Below, one piece after another: positions 1 to 17,576 of a DNA stretch of 30,915 bases. Made by a program: the position numbers and the translations under genes. Under the pieces are notes generated by a model. It saw nothing but the letters and a program-made list of their open reading frames with translations. It did not search any database and had not been told where the DNA came from. Source of the DNA: Bugula neritina (taxonomy: Eukaryota; Animalia; Bryozoa); assembly GCA_964035545.1 (NCBI GenBank), contig CAXIUT010000102.1:1-30915 (forward strand), read 5' to 3'. Numbering within the stretch: the first letter of the stretch is position 1; every line of letters begins with the position of its first letter.

Positions 1-4896
<4,896 letters not shown>

Positions 4897-5083
4897 TTAA
4901 TAATTAATATTAATTCATTATTTAATATTATATCGAATGATATATATTAATCAATGATCTAACTCTAAAATACCTCTTTAAATTGTTATTTAAAATTTCT
5001 TTATCTTTATTTTGTTTTATTTTTATCTATTAATCCTTTATATCGTATTTTTCAATCGATAATATATAATTGATCTATTATAA

Positions 5084-5262
5084 ATGAGTCGTAAGTTCTA
5101 CTGCGAATACTGTGGCATATTTCTAAAGAATAGCTCACCCAGACAAGAAGAGAACATTTCGATGGTAAGAAACATAAACAAAGAATGATCGAACATTACA
5201 GACAAATTAGAGTTCAAATGGAGTAAGAAATCAAAGCCAGGAATAACAGTATGATGGCGTGA
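5084..5262 (+). CDS. SNRPC: U1 snRNP protein C-like matrin-type zinc finger (~59 aa; one base missing near 5146)
   Basis: MSRKFYCEYCGIFLKNSSPRQ[R]REHFDGKKHKQRMIEHYRQIRVQMEEEIKARNNSMMA* matches the U1-C pattern FYCxYC..L..xSP..R..H..G.KH. Confidence 0.72.
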
Positions 5263-5517
5263 TAGATAAATATTATTCCTTAAATATATTTAAACTCCCA
5301 TTCTTTTTATTTAGTCATAAATTTGTACTTTTGTACTTCTTTCTCAAAGAGCTTAGTATTGATAATAGATAAAAATTAAATAAAAGTTGATATATTTCAT
5401 AAGAAAGTTGAAATTTAATGATCAGAAAGCTAGAGATAATCTTTTTATATTTATTTTTTTAAAATCTTTGTAAATTATATACACTCAAGGCTAATTTTAA
5501 ATACTAATTTTTAAATA

Positions 5518-6589
5518 ATGCACAAAGTAAGAAGGCTTTCCTTAAACTAATCAAAAATCTCTTTCTGACTACCTTGTTTGCATTCAAAAGTCGAACTTAA
5601 ACAAAATGTATAATGTTCTTAACTGTAGGCAAAAAGAAAGCTTGGAGCCCTTAATAAGATGCATACCTGATAAAACTTGTGAATAAATACGGACCCCAAA
5701 AAATGGACAACTATTCTCAAAATATGACAGGTAAATATCTAAATAATTCAGAAAGAGTAGGCAAACAATGTAGAGAAAGATGGTTCAATCATCTAGATCC
5801 TAGTGTCAACAAAACTACTGGGAAGAAAGGAATAACTCATTTTGTATTTGGGGCATAGAATAAAGGTAATAGATGGGCTGAATTGGCAAAATATCTTCCT
5901 GGAAGAACCGACAATTCTATCAAAAATCACTGGAATTCTTCGATTAAAAAAAGAAAAGGAGCATTTTTTGATAAGTATTTTATTTCTTATGTAGATATCT
6001 CAAAATGAAGTTTCTTTGGAATAAACACATGGAAATAATCTAAAAAACCAATAAATAGACAGACTTCTTTTCGAAAAACTACATAATTCATAGAATCTCA
6101 TGGAATATATCCATTAAAGTCAGCTTAAAATCAGATATTAGAAGATAAAAGTCTTTTGTCTTATAATTAAAATGTTTAATAGAAAACAAGATCAAGAAAT
6201 ATACCAGAAAATACTTTTAAAAAATAAAACTTTATTCTTATTTCTTCAGATATGCCTATCAAAATATAACAAAATCAATCTTTAGTTTAATAAATGCCAA
6301 AGGTTCCAGACATTTATAAGTCAAATTAGTTTTTTATAAGGAAATGAATAAAAATTAGTTCCTTCTTTTTCTATGTTATAAATTTAAGACGACGAAGAAA
6401 ACTAATTTAACTAAAATCAATATAAATTAAATAAGTCTATCTTTGAAGTGTTTCGACAATATTTAAAATAAGATGGATATTTTAACTCCTTCAAAAGTAG
6501 GATTAGTGTCAATGAATGATAAAGGCTTTTATGACAAATTTAATCAATGTCTATTCGAGTCTCAAAAAGATATTCTTTACCACTTATGA
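5518..6589 (+). CDS. R2R3 c-Myb-like transcription factor; introns 5608-5628, 5731-5751, 5975-5994; indels present
   Basis: Motifs [37 protein letters not shown] and [29 protein letters not shown]. Both termini are approximate. Confidence 0.85.
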
Positions 6590-6615
6590 AATGATTAATT
6601 CTAGTTTATTTACAA

Positions 6616-8279
6616 TCATTAGTTTTTTATTTAGTGTTTTATTAATTCTGATGGGTTTTATTTTATTTTCGATCTTACTAATCAAATATACTAATGATTT
6701 ATTTATCTTCTCTATTCAGAAATAAAACACATAAGACCAAGTTCCAAGAGAACCTGATAAAATGAGTAAAAACTATATTATTCAAATTATTATCAACTCC
6801 AAATTGAATCAAACTTGGACCTATATCCCATGACCTGTTGAAAATATTTATATAATACTCATAGAGACACTTGAAACCTTTAAGGCATTGAATCGACCTA
6901 TACTCTCACTTCAAAGGCAAAAACCCAGGCTTTATATTTTTTTAAGTACTTAAAAGAAACTGAGCAATAAAGATAATGCTTATCTGTAAGAGTTTTGTTT
7001 TCGATACAAATGAAAAAAGAAGTAATAAGGTAAAAATAAGCCAACAGTTGTTGTTACTATAAAACCTCTTCTTCTTTTGGGTTATAGTTATAAATTTTGA
7101 CTAAATAAAGAAAAAGATACTCATAGTCAAAGAAGCTATAATTGTGGCTACTCCTGTAATAGCTATATTTACATTATAGCTGTATCCGATATCTTGAAGA
7201 GATAACCTATTCCAAGAAGAGTTAAATCACATGAAATGTGGATAACTCCTAACATTAAAACATGAAGAAATAGATTTTTATTTAGAGAAATCATGTTGCA
7301 AAAATCTCTACAAGATTCAGTCTTTTTTATTTATTTCGATAGCTAGTAATGCTAGTCACGTATTCTCTATATTTACTAAAGGTCTTCAGTTATCTAGGCT
7401 TATCCCCTACCATTAAACTAGCATAATCCAAACAACCTAAGTCTCAAACTCTTATGATCGACCTTCCTCGAAAAGATATATGGGATCTTATTTGATAAAA
7501 ATAGGAGTTACAATAAGCAAAACAAACAGAGGAACAAATGATATCAAAGTGATTTTGAACCAGTGAACGATAAAGTGATTAGCCAAAGCCAAAAGAATGT
7601 GAGTTAAGCCTCCTCTAAATATATTTTGAAGATACCCAATCATGTACCAAAGATTAGTGACTGCTTCATACGTATTTTTTCTTAGAAAACGAGTCATGTA
7701 GATAATTGATATAGAAAATATAAATTTGTTGCCTATTCCTTCCAACAACTATGAAACCATGAAAAAGCGAGTTTATTGGTGATTGTTCCAAAAATTAAAG
7801 CTGAGTAAATTGATTCGTACTGATAAAAGAGATATTAAGGCTTATTAGGCTGATCATCATGCATATTTTTCTACCAAAACGGTCTGAAATGATTCCAACT
7901 AAGATAGTTCCTGTCATTCCTCCGATTCCTCTAAGAGATTGAATAAAAGTTCTTTAATGTTTACGATTTCCACAATATAGTTGCATTTCTGCAGTTAAGT
8001 GTGAACGTTGACTGAATAATTTAATAAATACGAACTTGACACTCCTGAAGATGAGAACAGCAAAGTCTTAGTTCATTTTTTAATGTTTTTAGTGACAATG
8101 GAAGAAAGGGTTCATGAAAAAGTATTCAGTAGATTATTTTTTAAAAGTTAAACAGAAAGAAAGAACAAGAAGAAATACAATAAGCCAATTTTGATAGCGA
8201 GTATTGTCAGGTTATGGTGCTATAATAGATTTTACTCGATTAATCAGTTCTCGATTAGCTGTTTAAAATGCCGAACCAT
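6616..8279 (-). CDS. MFS transporter (SLC22/organic cation transporter-like); 20-nt intron 7801-7820; indels present
   Basis: MFS motif A (GIISDRFGRK) at ~7868-7900, preceded by TAEMQLYCG, plus multiple hydrophobic segments. Termini are uncertain. Confidence 0.72.
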
Positions 8280-8424
8280 ATCTATCAAATATTAAAATAA
8301 GGCTTATTTATAAAATAAGATAAAAATACTGGTTCTAAAAATTCATTTATAATGAGTTAAATATCAATAATTAATTTATCATTTTTGTTTTAAATGATTG
8401 ATCTATAATTGGGTGTTATTAATA

Positions 8425-10469
8425 ATGTCAGACTCCTCCTAGTCTTCCTCCTAGGCTTCTGAGAGCAGCAGTGAGGTTAAGTTCGATAAGAAATAAAGAA
8501 AAAAAAGAAAAAAGGTCCAATAATGATCTATCCATGTAAAGTACCTGCCTTAAATTCAAGTATTACCATTAATATTGCCCGTAAATTCAAATATTACTCT
8601 AGTTACTCGATACGATGTGATTGAAGAAGTAGCCGAAGAACTAGGTTGGAAGATTCAGTATAAATTGAGATCGAAAGGTCCTTGGGATGTGATGTGGACT
8701 GATCATCATTTACAACCTGATATGCTCATTAAGTTACAACTGTTTCAAAAAGTAGTCATTTTCCTGGAATTCATGTTTTGTCAAGAAAAAATCTTTTAGG
8801 ATTAAGTTTCATGGATATGTACAAAAGAGTTCCTGAACATTATAACTTCTTCCCTAAAACTTGGCTACTACCCGCTCAATATAGTTACTTAGAAAAGAAT
8901 TTATCAACGAACAGACCTTTATAGTCAAACCTGAAGCTGATTGTCAAGGCAGAGGAATATTCTTGACTCAGGATATTTAGTAAGTCTAAAATGGTCGACA
9001 CTATGTTGTTCAATAATACATAGCCAGACCATTTCTTGTAGATAAACTTAAATTTGATTTCAGAGTGTATGTCTTGCTTTGTGGAGTTAGTCCTCTAAGA
9101 CTTTATATTTATGAGTAAGGCCTTGCTAGATTCGCCACATAACCTTATACAGAGCCTAACAGAACAAATATTAAAAAGACTTATGTTCATTTAACCAACT
9201 ATGCAATAAACAAAAAGAATCCTAAATTTATATATAACTCAAGCAGCTCTCGAATGGATGTGGGTCATAAAAGATCATTAACATCAGTTATGAAATAGAT
9301 ATAAAGACGAGGACACAATATTGCCCAATTGAAAGCATAGATTAATGATGTAATTGTTAAAACATTACTTTTGGGACATCCTTTAGCAGCTCATCAATAT
9401 AGATTTTGTCAACCGAGTGACTAAAATAGAAATATGTGTTTTCATATATTAGGTATTGATGTTATGCTTGACAGTGGATGTCGACCTTATGTTATAGAAG
9501 TCAATCATACTCCTTCTTTTGTTACTGATACTCCTCTTGATAAATACATCAAATTTAGCCTTATTAAAGATACTTTGGTTTTAATGAATATCACTGAATA
9601 AGCAAGAGCAAAAGCTGCTGAAAGAATGAGCAAAATGCAAAGAGATAAAAATATAGGAAGACAAAAAAGACAGTTATATTAAAATTTTGATAGACAAGAG
9701 AAAGTTAAACAAGCTCAAGAGGAAAGAAATAAATATTAAAGCTAAAATATAGGTAGATTTACAAGAATTTATCCCTTAGAAGATCCTAGAGCTATGGAGT
9801 ATTATGAATATTTGCTTTAAGTTGCTGAAAAATCATATTTTTCATAGAATAATGTGTTAAGATGTCAAATGTAAAAGTAAAAAGCTCAAGATGAAGCTAA
9901 TAATAAAGATAGATAAGGATAAAAAATAATAAAAGGGAAAAAAATCAGCCTTAGATATCTCTCGATCAGTTCAAAGTCCTCCTAAATTAAGAAAATTTAT
10001 TTCAGCTACTGAACATATTTTTAGATAGAACTCACCGATGGATATGGAATTTAAAAGCACTCAAATAAAAAAGTAAAGAGCTGTATCAATAACTTAGAAT
10101 AATAAGAAAAAAGCTTTACTTTTTTAATTGAAATAAATGTAAAAAGACATATCTCCTTTCAAAATAAAAACATAGTTTAAACCTTCAAATATCAAGCAAT
10201 CACCTTCAAGAATATAGAAGAAACCAAATCTTAATATGCTTCCTAAAATAGGCCAATAGACATTATTCAATCAACTACCTTTAAAAAAGGATAATAGTTT
10301 AGCTTCTCCATTACGAAACAAGAAGATGAAGATAATAAAGATAATAGAATAGGATAGAGATCATATGAGAGCAGAAATAACAGGAGTTTCTTTTAGAACT
10401 TTAGGGAAATCGAAAATATTGAAAAAAGTATAAAATTAAGATTAATAATCATCTGATTAATAAAATTGA
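8425..10469 (+). CDS. Tubulin polyglutamylase, TTLL6/TTLL13-like; intron 8581-8602; indels near 8500, 8752, 8886
   Basis: Motifs WDVMWTD, HFPG..LSRKNLL, FFPKTWLLP, FIVKPEADCQGRGIFL, VVQEYI, KFDFRVYVL, EGLARFAT, HLTNYAINK, CFHILGIDVMLD and IEVNHTPSF; acidic tail ENEDEESSDEEN*. Confidence 0.92.
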
Positions 10470-10582
10470 GTTCATATTATAGCTACGTTAAATAATATTA
10501 TTTTTATGCAATACAGTTATTTGATTTATTCTTTTTATAGATAATTTAGCAATAGATTATTATATAGAAAATTGGAAGAAAT

Positions 10583-12352
10583 ATGAATCTTCAGAAAAAC
10601 CAAAATGACCATTCAAAAAACATGCTTATTTCTAACACAGAACCTCTCAACATTCTCAAAGAAAAAACTAACTGTATTTAGAGGATAGATTCAAGTAGAT
10701 AGAAATAGCAAAGTAATCAAAGTTTAGTTTAAGTAGACATACCCAACTAATCTTAGAACATCTATCTGAGTTCTTAGTCCTATGTGATTAGACCTACAAA
10801 CAAATCAATTTAAATCAACTTGATAATGTGGGCTTAAGCTTCATAGATTAAAGAGATGATTTGTTGCTGAGTACCAGTACAATTAAGAGTCATTTGCTTA
10901 TCGATGATAGAGAAGAGAAATCTTTATGTAAAGTACATAATAAAGCTGAAGATATTATCTGTCTTGTATAAAAAACTAAGATTTGTTGCTATTGTGCTCT
11001 GTTCGGATAACATAAAGACCATATTTTCAAATCAGAACAACAACTAACTTCTGAAATAGATAAAAAGTTAAACGATTTGATTACTTTGGAAGATACGTAT
11101 CAAAATTTTGTGAAATCTGTGAAGGATAAAGATCAATTTTAACTCATAAAGAAATATTGTTAGGAAAAAAGAAATTAAAAAAATGATGAAATTGAAAAGA
11201 GTATGATCTTATGATAGCAAAGATTGTTGAGGCTAAAAATGAAGCTCAGGCTAAAATTAACGACCAATATAACAACAAAATAAAGCAAGTACAACATTCT
11301 TGGTAAGAATGCTAAATTGATGTGATGACTTGCAACATATTTAAAAAATGGCAAGATTGTGGAAAATAAGTTCTTAATAAATTTAAAAATACAATAAAAT
11401 CAAATAATTTGATTAATTAATGTTCAGAGTATGAACAGTTTCCTTGGTAAAAAGGACAAAGCTGGATCTAATAAGCTAACTAAAAACTCTAAAACTTTGT
11501 TAAAAATTGGAAAAATTAACTAGAAAATGGAATACATCAAAATACTCCTTCATCTTTGAATAGTTCCTTAATAGCAACTCAAACCCGATACTCAAAGTCA
11601 TATTAATTTACATCCAGAAATACCTCTTAAAGGATTTTAGAATTTTCATCGTCCTCAAACAAGATCCATCAGAAACTCATAATTTTTAGGAAAAACCTTT
11701 GACACCAACTAAAAGTCTAAATTTAGATCATCAGAAATGTTAGAGTCACTCAGACCAATTAGATAGTCAATCGGAGGAAGTAGAAGAGTTTCAAGAAATT
11801 CCAATGAAAGTAGTAATCAAAAGAATGTGGATTCAACAAAACTAATGGAACTATTCAACAGTTGTCAAAAAAAAAGGATCTAATTTTAGAAATGATACAT
11901 CAACTATCACATCTCCTAAATCAAGATTAACCAAATGTCGATCTCCTCGCTAAAGTATATCAAGACAATAGACTTTAAAAATTATTACCCAATATTAAAA
12001 AAATCCTTCCCAAACAGTCCTCAATCTATCTAACTGCAATTTAGACGATTAATCTTTGTAGTACTTTGTCAATAGAGCTTTTAACAATCATGTTCCAAAT
12101 GAAATCAACCTATCTAGAAATAAAATTTCATTTAATGGATTTATCAATATTTTACCTCATCTTCTCAAAGTTCAAACAGCTAACCTAGCCAATACTGGAC
12201 TAGGATAAAAGTGTCTAGAACACCTATCTAAAGTAAAGGGAGGCTATCGATTGAATTAAATGTTTTTATCAGAAAATGGAATGTCTATGCATAAAAATCA
12301 AAACAAGATGGAAGGGTTAAAAAAGATGGGACTAAAAGTTGTCTATCATTGA
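10583..12352 (+). CDS. B-box zinc finger / coiled-coil / C-terminal LRR protein; indels present
   Basis: B-box CKVHNKAEDIICLVEKTKICCYCALFGEHKDH (~10927-11022), followed by a coiled coil and LRR-like EINLSRNKISFNG..ANLANTGLG..MFLSENGM; TGA at 12350-12352. Confidence 0.72.
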
Positions 12353-12472
12353 TCCTATTAATTTTATTAAATATTTTAACATCTAGAAACTATCTTTATT
12401 ACTATTTAGCTTATGTAATATAGCTTAAATATTATAAACTATTGTGAATACAATAAAAATGTAGTCTCAACC

Positions 12473-12683
12473 TCAGTTAAGTTCATCTTCATTGTATTTT
12501 TTATCAAAACTGAAGAAGTTTTTGACATCAACAGGTATTTCTTTCGATTAATTTCTTCTAAACTTCTAGACCTTTAACCTGGGATATCTTTCTCGTCTTT
12601 AGTTCATAAGAATGATTTCTTTATTAAACATCTAGAGATACAACAGCTTTAATCCTGATCAAGTATTTCTAGAATTAAGTCAT
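12473..12683 (-). CDS. Possible small hypothetical protein (~69 aa; needs one indel correction)
   Basis: MTEFEKYLIRIKAVVSLDVEERNHSYELK... then, in a shifted frame, EIPVDVKNFFSFDKKYNEDELN*. The ATG is 42 bp from the divergent calpain ATG. Confidence 0.3.
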
Positions 12684-12725
12684 GGAAAGTCATCTATTCA
12701 CGCTGCTTAACTAAATAATTTCATC

Positions 12726-15110
12726 ATGATGGCATAAGATCAAGCCAACCATCAGAAAGAATAAGAACAAAAGATGAAAGAAGAAGAGATGAAGAAGAAA
12801 ATAGTAAAAGTAAGTATTTATAAATTACAATAACATATCAAAAAACATCCTAATCCGATCATGTTCTTTTATTAATTTGATCACGACGGCAATGGATTAG
12901 TTAGTAAAGTTGAGTTTAGTAGATTACTTATTGCAACTGATATTAAATAGTTTGCTAATAATGATATCAGAAAGATGCTAGTTGATTTTATCTTCAAATA
13001 TTTTCCTAAAGGGTACATCACCATACCTGAACTAGCTAAATTCTTTAAAATACCCTATAATTCTCATATGTCACCAAATACTCCTCAACCTTATCATAAA
13101 AATAACTCACTTGGAGACTAGCATCATATTTATCCTCCTAAACCTCAAAAATAACCCATTCAGAAAACTCACACACTTGGTGATTAGCATCATCTGTATC
13201 CTCCTCAAGCTAAAAAACAAAGAAAGAAATCCATCTAGTAACAATTTTTCTAATGGAATAATCATAAACCAGTGGTTGCAAAGAAAAGTCACAGTCATGA
13301 AAGGCCAAAAGATCCTTAAAATAAGCATCATGGTTACCATAAAAAGGTATAAAATCCTTATTTGATGCCTGGAAGTCATCCCAGCCCCTAGTAAGATAAC
13401 AATATTGGCAATTGTCGTTCTTTATATCCTCTTTCGATGAGATATTATAATTTAGGATAGCCTTAGCCTTCAGAATACAACATGTTATAAGATTTAGAGT
13501 CAATGCTTAAGAAAAATTAGAATTTTTATGATAAGTATAATCCTCAAAGTGAAGGTCACTATACTTCAGCAAGTGATATCTTTCCTTCCAGATATTACAT
13601 ATTCCAGATGGCAGCTTCCGTCCTTATGAGATAAAAAAGCAGAATAGGAGTTGCACAAGCAATTGAGCCTAAAGATATCATACAGGGATCTGTTGGAGAT
13701 TGTTACTTCTTGAGTAGCATTGCTTCCATTATCTCAATATACCCTTAGCTTATTGCTTAAAAGTTTCTTATCAATATCAATCCAGTTAACTTTTTCGCTA
13801 TTAAACTTTTCATAGATGGTCGATGGAAAATAATTACAACTGATGACCGCTTTCCTTGTAAAAACTAACGCCCTATCTATGCAAAACCTCATCATAGTTA
13901 AATATGGGTCATGTTGCTCTAAAAAGCATGGGCAAAGGTCTTTGGAAGTTTCAGAGCGATTGAAGCTGGTAGTTCAAAAGAGGGATTTATCGCTTTAACA
14001 GGAGCTCCTTGCGAACTAGTATGGCTAGATAAGAAAAATGAATAAATGGAAGCAATTAAGCAGCTGTAAATAGCTTATCAGAAAAGATATGTGGCAACAA
14101 TGAGTGGTTCTGATTATTTAGAATCATTGGGCAAGGCTGGATAAGACAAATATGGACTAGTGAGTGGCCATGCTTATTCTCTGATTAAAATGGTAAAAGT
14201 GAATAATGAACTATTAGTGAAACTGCGTAATCCGTGGGGAAAGACTATCTGGAAAGGTGATTGGTCCTTTAATTCAAAATAATGGACAAATTAACTTAAG
14301 AATAGGCTAAATTATCATAAAGATCCAAAAGATGGTTCATTTTACATGAACTGGAAAGATTTTAAAACTTTTTTCGGAGAAGTAGTTATTTGTAAATTAA
14401 ACCCAACATATATGCATGAATCGATAAAAGTAAAAACCAATCGACATAAATCAGGGTATTTCAAGATGGAAGTGAAAACTGCAGGACAATATATCATATC
14501 TATTTATCAAGAAAATCAAAGAAAAATGAATCAAAAATATACTAATTATGAATATTCTCAATCAAGATTAATTATTCTTAAAAGATAAGGAAATCATCTT
14601 AAATATGTAGGAGCAAGATCTACTAATAAATATCCTGTTTGTTCAGTTGATGTTGATCTAGAAGAAGGTTAGTATATAATTAGTGCGAAAGTAGTATGGA
14701 AGTTTTGGGATTAACATTAATATGTCCTTACTTCATATGGAGTTGATAAAACATCATTTTCTTTGATAAATCGATCGATTGCGCCTGCTTTCAAGGACAA
14801 CTTGATCAAAAGTTATGCAAAAAAATTCTAAGGTAGCGGAAAGACAAAGTATTATTAAAAGTATGGGTTTAATGCTACGTGTGAGACTAACTTTAGTTTA
14901 TAGACTGGAATTGGATATGTAATGATGATTAATCACGATAATAAATAGTTCTAATCAACTCAAGAATATGAATGCTAAGGTTTGAAGTTAATAAAACCAG
15001 ATAAATTCCCTCTTAACTTCAAAATGAAACCTCACTCATCTAAAATATATGGATTTTTCGTTGCTGCTTCAGGCTTTTAATACTCTAATACTGAAAGAAT
15101 TAAATTTTGA
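12726..15110 (+). CDS. Calpain-family cysteine protease with N-terminal EF-hand (794 aa, intronless)
   Basis: Uninterrupted 2385-nt frame. EF-hand DHDGNGLVSKVEF; catalytic triad motifs QGSVGDCYFL, SGHAYS and RNPWG; WVMLLEKAWAK; DGSFYMNWKDF; calpain domain III-like C-terminus. Confidence 0.95.
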
Positions 15111-15174
15111 TATCTTTAACCATTATTATATTATATCATAATTATCAAAAGATCAATCTCTTATTATTTTTTGA

Positions 15175-15254
15175 GGGGTTGGGGTTGGGGTTGGGGTTGG
15201 GGTTGGGGTTGGGGTTGGGGTTGGGGTTGGGGTTGGGGTTGGGGTTGGGGTTGG
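15175..15254 (+). repeat. Internal telomeric tract (GGGGTT)x~13
   Basis: Perfect G4T2 repeat of 80 bp, in the same orientation as the terminal telomere, 64 bp after the calpain stop. Confidence 0.97.
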
Positions 15255-16013
15255 CGATCTTCCACAAGCTATTATTTTTCTGTTAGAAATATAGCAGCAT
15301 ATTTTCCCTTCAAAATTAAGTAAATACTTTTTAGGCAGACTAAGTCGATCAATATCAAGATCCATGCATCTATCGCAACTTCCAAATTAAGCACTACAAG
15401 TTTCAATGGCTTTACCAGTAAATAAACCCGATGAATGGTTAAGATGTTGACTGGGACCTCTGGGTAGAGGTTTTCCACAACAAATTCTCCCAGATGAACT
15501 AATTCTAGGTTCTACATTAACTTAACCTGTAGTTCCTACTTTGAATGGTCTGATTAAAGGAATTGCTTCTTGACTTCCCTGACCTCCAATCTTACTTGAA
15601 CCAATATTATCTTGTTTATGATAGTCGATTAGCATTCGATTGCACTATTAAATATGTTTTTATCCCAAATGTTATGGTATGAATTTAACTTTGATTGTTT
15701 ACTTGCAGTATGGACAGTTTGTACTTGCTTCAGGACAACTTTCCATATGATTTTACAGTTGACTTAGCATCAATTGAGTTTTGCAATTGTTTGGACAAGT
15801 GCAAAGTACATATTTATAGATAGAGTAAAGAGATAAAGAAGGAGATATTGTAGTTATTTTATCGCATTGAGGACATTTTATAACTTGATGCTTGCAAGAT
15901 TGACAAATAATTTAACCACAACATGCAGTAGAATGAGGTTGGAATGCTATTTTTTTGCAATGGCGACAGGAAAAGGCTCGATAGATGTCCACAATTCCTT
16001 GATTAATTTACAT
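15255..16013 (-). CDS. RING + TRAF-type zinc-finger protein with Cys-rich C-terminal domain, truncated by or running into the telomeric tract
   Basis: CRHC..ACCGEIICQSC..CPQC (RING-like), CPNNC..LENHMESCPEASTNCPYC..EHLGEKH (TRAF zinc finger), then CDRCMDLDIDRLSLPKKYLLNFEGKICC..ACGRS. There is no TGA before the repeat; the frame continues as (PT)13 to a TGA at 15153. Confidence 0.8.
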
Positions 16014-16050
16014 TTATATGAGAATTTATTATTTATTATATAGATTGTTG

Positions 16051-17510
16051 ATGGGAAAAAACTTCAAAAAAAAACCTTAAAAGGATTTAAAATTGTAAGT
16101 CAAAGAAGAAGAAGATAAACCTGATATCAAAGAATAGCCAAAATAAAAAACAACTAAGAAAAGTGAATCAAATAAGATTAAAAAACCAACTAGTACAAAG
16201 AAAAATAGATTGATCATTCGTAACTTAGTTTTTGACATAAATTAAAAGCATATGAAGAAACTTTTGAGTCCTTTTGGAAATATAGTGGACCTCAAAGTCC
16301 CTATGAATCCTAATAATTAAAAGTGCAATAGAGGTTTTGCATTTGTGGAGTTTTAAAAGTATAGATCTTGCTAGAAAGCTATTAAATAGCTTAATCAAAG
16401 CACATTCAAAGGAAGAACAATTGTTATTGATTTTTCTATTGCTAGAGAACAATTCATGGGACAACCTATCAAAGATGAAGAAAATATTAATGAAAAAGAA
16501 TAAGTCTAAGAAGAATAAAATTCCGATCTTGAAAAAGAATAAAAAGAATAATAATAAGAAGAGGAAATTAAAGAATAATAAATAAAGAATAAATATACAG
16601 AGCAGCAGGCTGATGAAGATCTATCTCGTACTGTATTTGTTCGTAACATTCCCACTAATATTGATGAATAGACAATTAAAGCTTTCTTTGCTCGTTATGG
16701 TCGTGTAAAGTGGGCCAAAGTTGTCAAAGATAAAGAGACAAATACCTCAAAAGGAACTGCATTTATCAAATATACAGAGGCAGATAAAGCTAAGGAGTTA
16801 ATTGAGTATAGCAGATCTTATTAGATGTTTTTAAATGGGAAAAATAACAATTTCAAAAGAGATCCTAAAATAACTTTAGAAATAGAAGGAACGATAGTTA
16901 AAGTGTTTCCTGTTGAAAAGAGAGAAGCAATCAAAGAAAAATTAAAATTCAGAGAAGATAAATAAGAGATTAGAAATAAGAAAGTTAAACCTTTGAAAAA
17001 GATAAAAAAATTAGATGATTTAGTACAATATGATAAATCAGGAAAAAGAAATTTAGTTTTAGGAAATTATGGAGTGTGGCAAGTTAGTTAAGATATGAGT
17101 GAAGTAGACCAAGAGAAGTTTAAGAGACATTATCGTTAAAAGATATAAAAACTAAAAAATCCTAATAACTCAGTTTCAGATAAAAGAGTCGTTCTGAAGT
17201 ATTTGGACAAATCATTGACTGAGGAATAGATCAGAGACTGTGTTTTATAATTTTTATCAGCAAATAAACTAGCTAACCAGCAGTTGACTTTTGTACTTTT
17301 TGTTTTATTTAGTGTAAGTTGATGTTGGATAAAGATCGAAAGAAATCAACTGGATGTGCCTTTTTAGAGTTTAAAGATCACTTAGTATCCAAATAATTTA
17401 TTTAACAACTCTCAGACAATCAACAAAGATTGATGAATCGTCCTTTTGTGGTGTAGTTTGCTATTCAAGATAGCAGAAAAATGCGTAAACTAAAAAATTC
17501 TAATGCTTGA
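16051..17510 (+). CDS. NOP4: Nucleolar multi-RRM protein NOP4/RBM28-like (479 aa); 20-nt intron 17293-17312
   Basis: RRM motifs LIIRNL..RGFAFVEF, TVFVRNIP..SKGTAFIKY and STGCAFLEF; DKSGKRNL, LKNPNNSVS and RPFVVEFAIQDSR. The frame closes exactly after removing 20 nt. Confidence 0.85.
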
Positions 17511-17576
17511 TGATTTATTTTGTATGGTACTGTATTAATACGATATTATTAAAATTTATAAATGAATGAATAATGA

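Noticed and set aside
15175-15254. Genuine Pro-Thr linker as in carbohydrate-active enzymes, or a head-to-head telomere fusion
   Set aside because: The tract has no synonymous variation and matches the terminal telomere repeat. There is no inverted CCCCAA arm.
15100-15300. Tetrahymena 15-bp chromosome breakage sequence near the telomeric tracts
   Set aside because: No TAAACCAACCTC-like match is visible near either tract, and it would normally be lost from macronuclear ends anyway.
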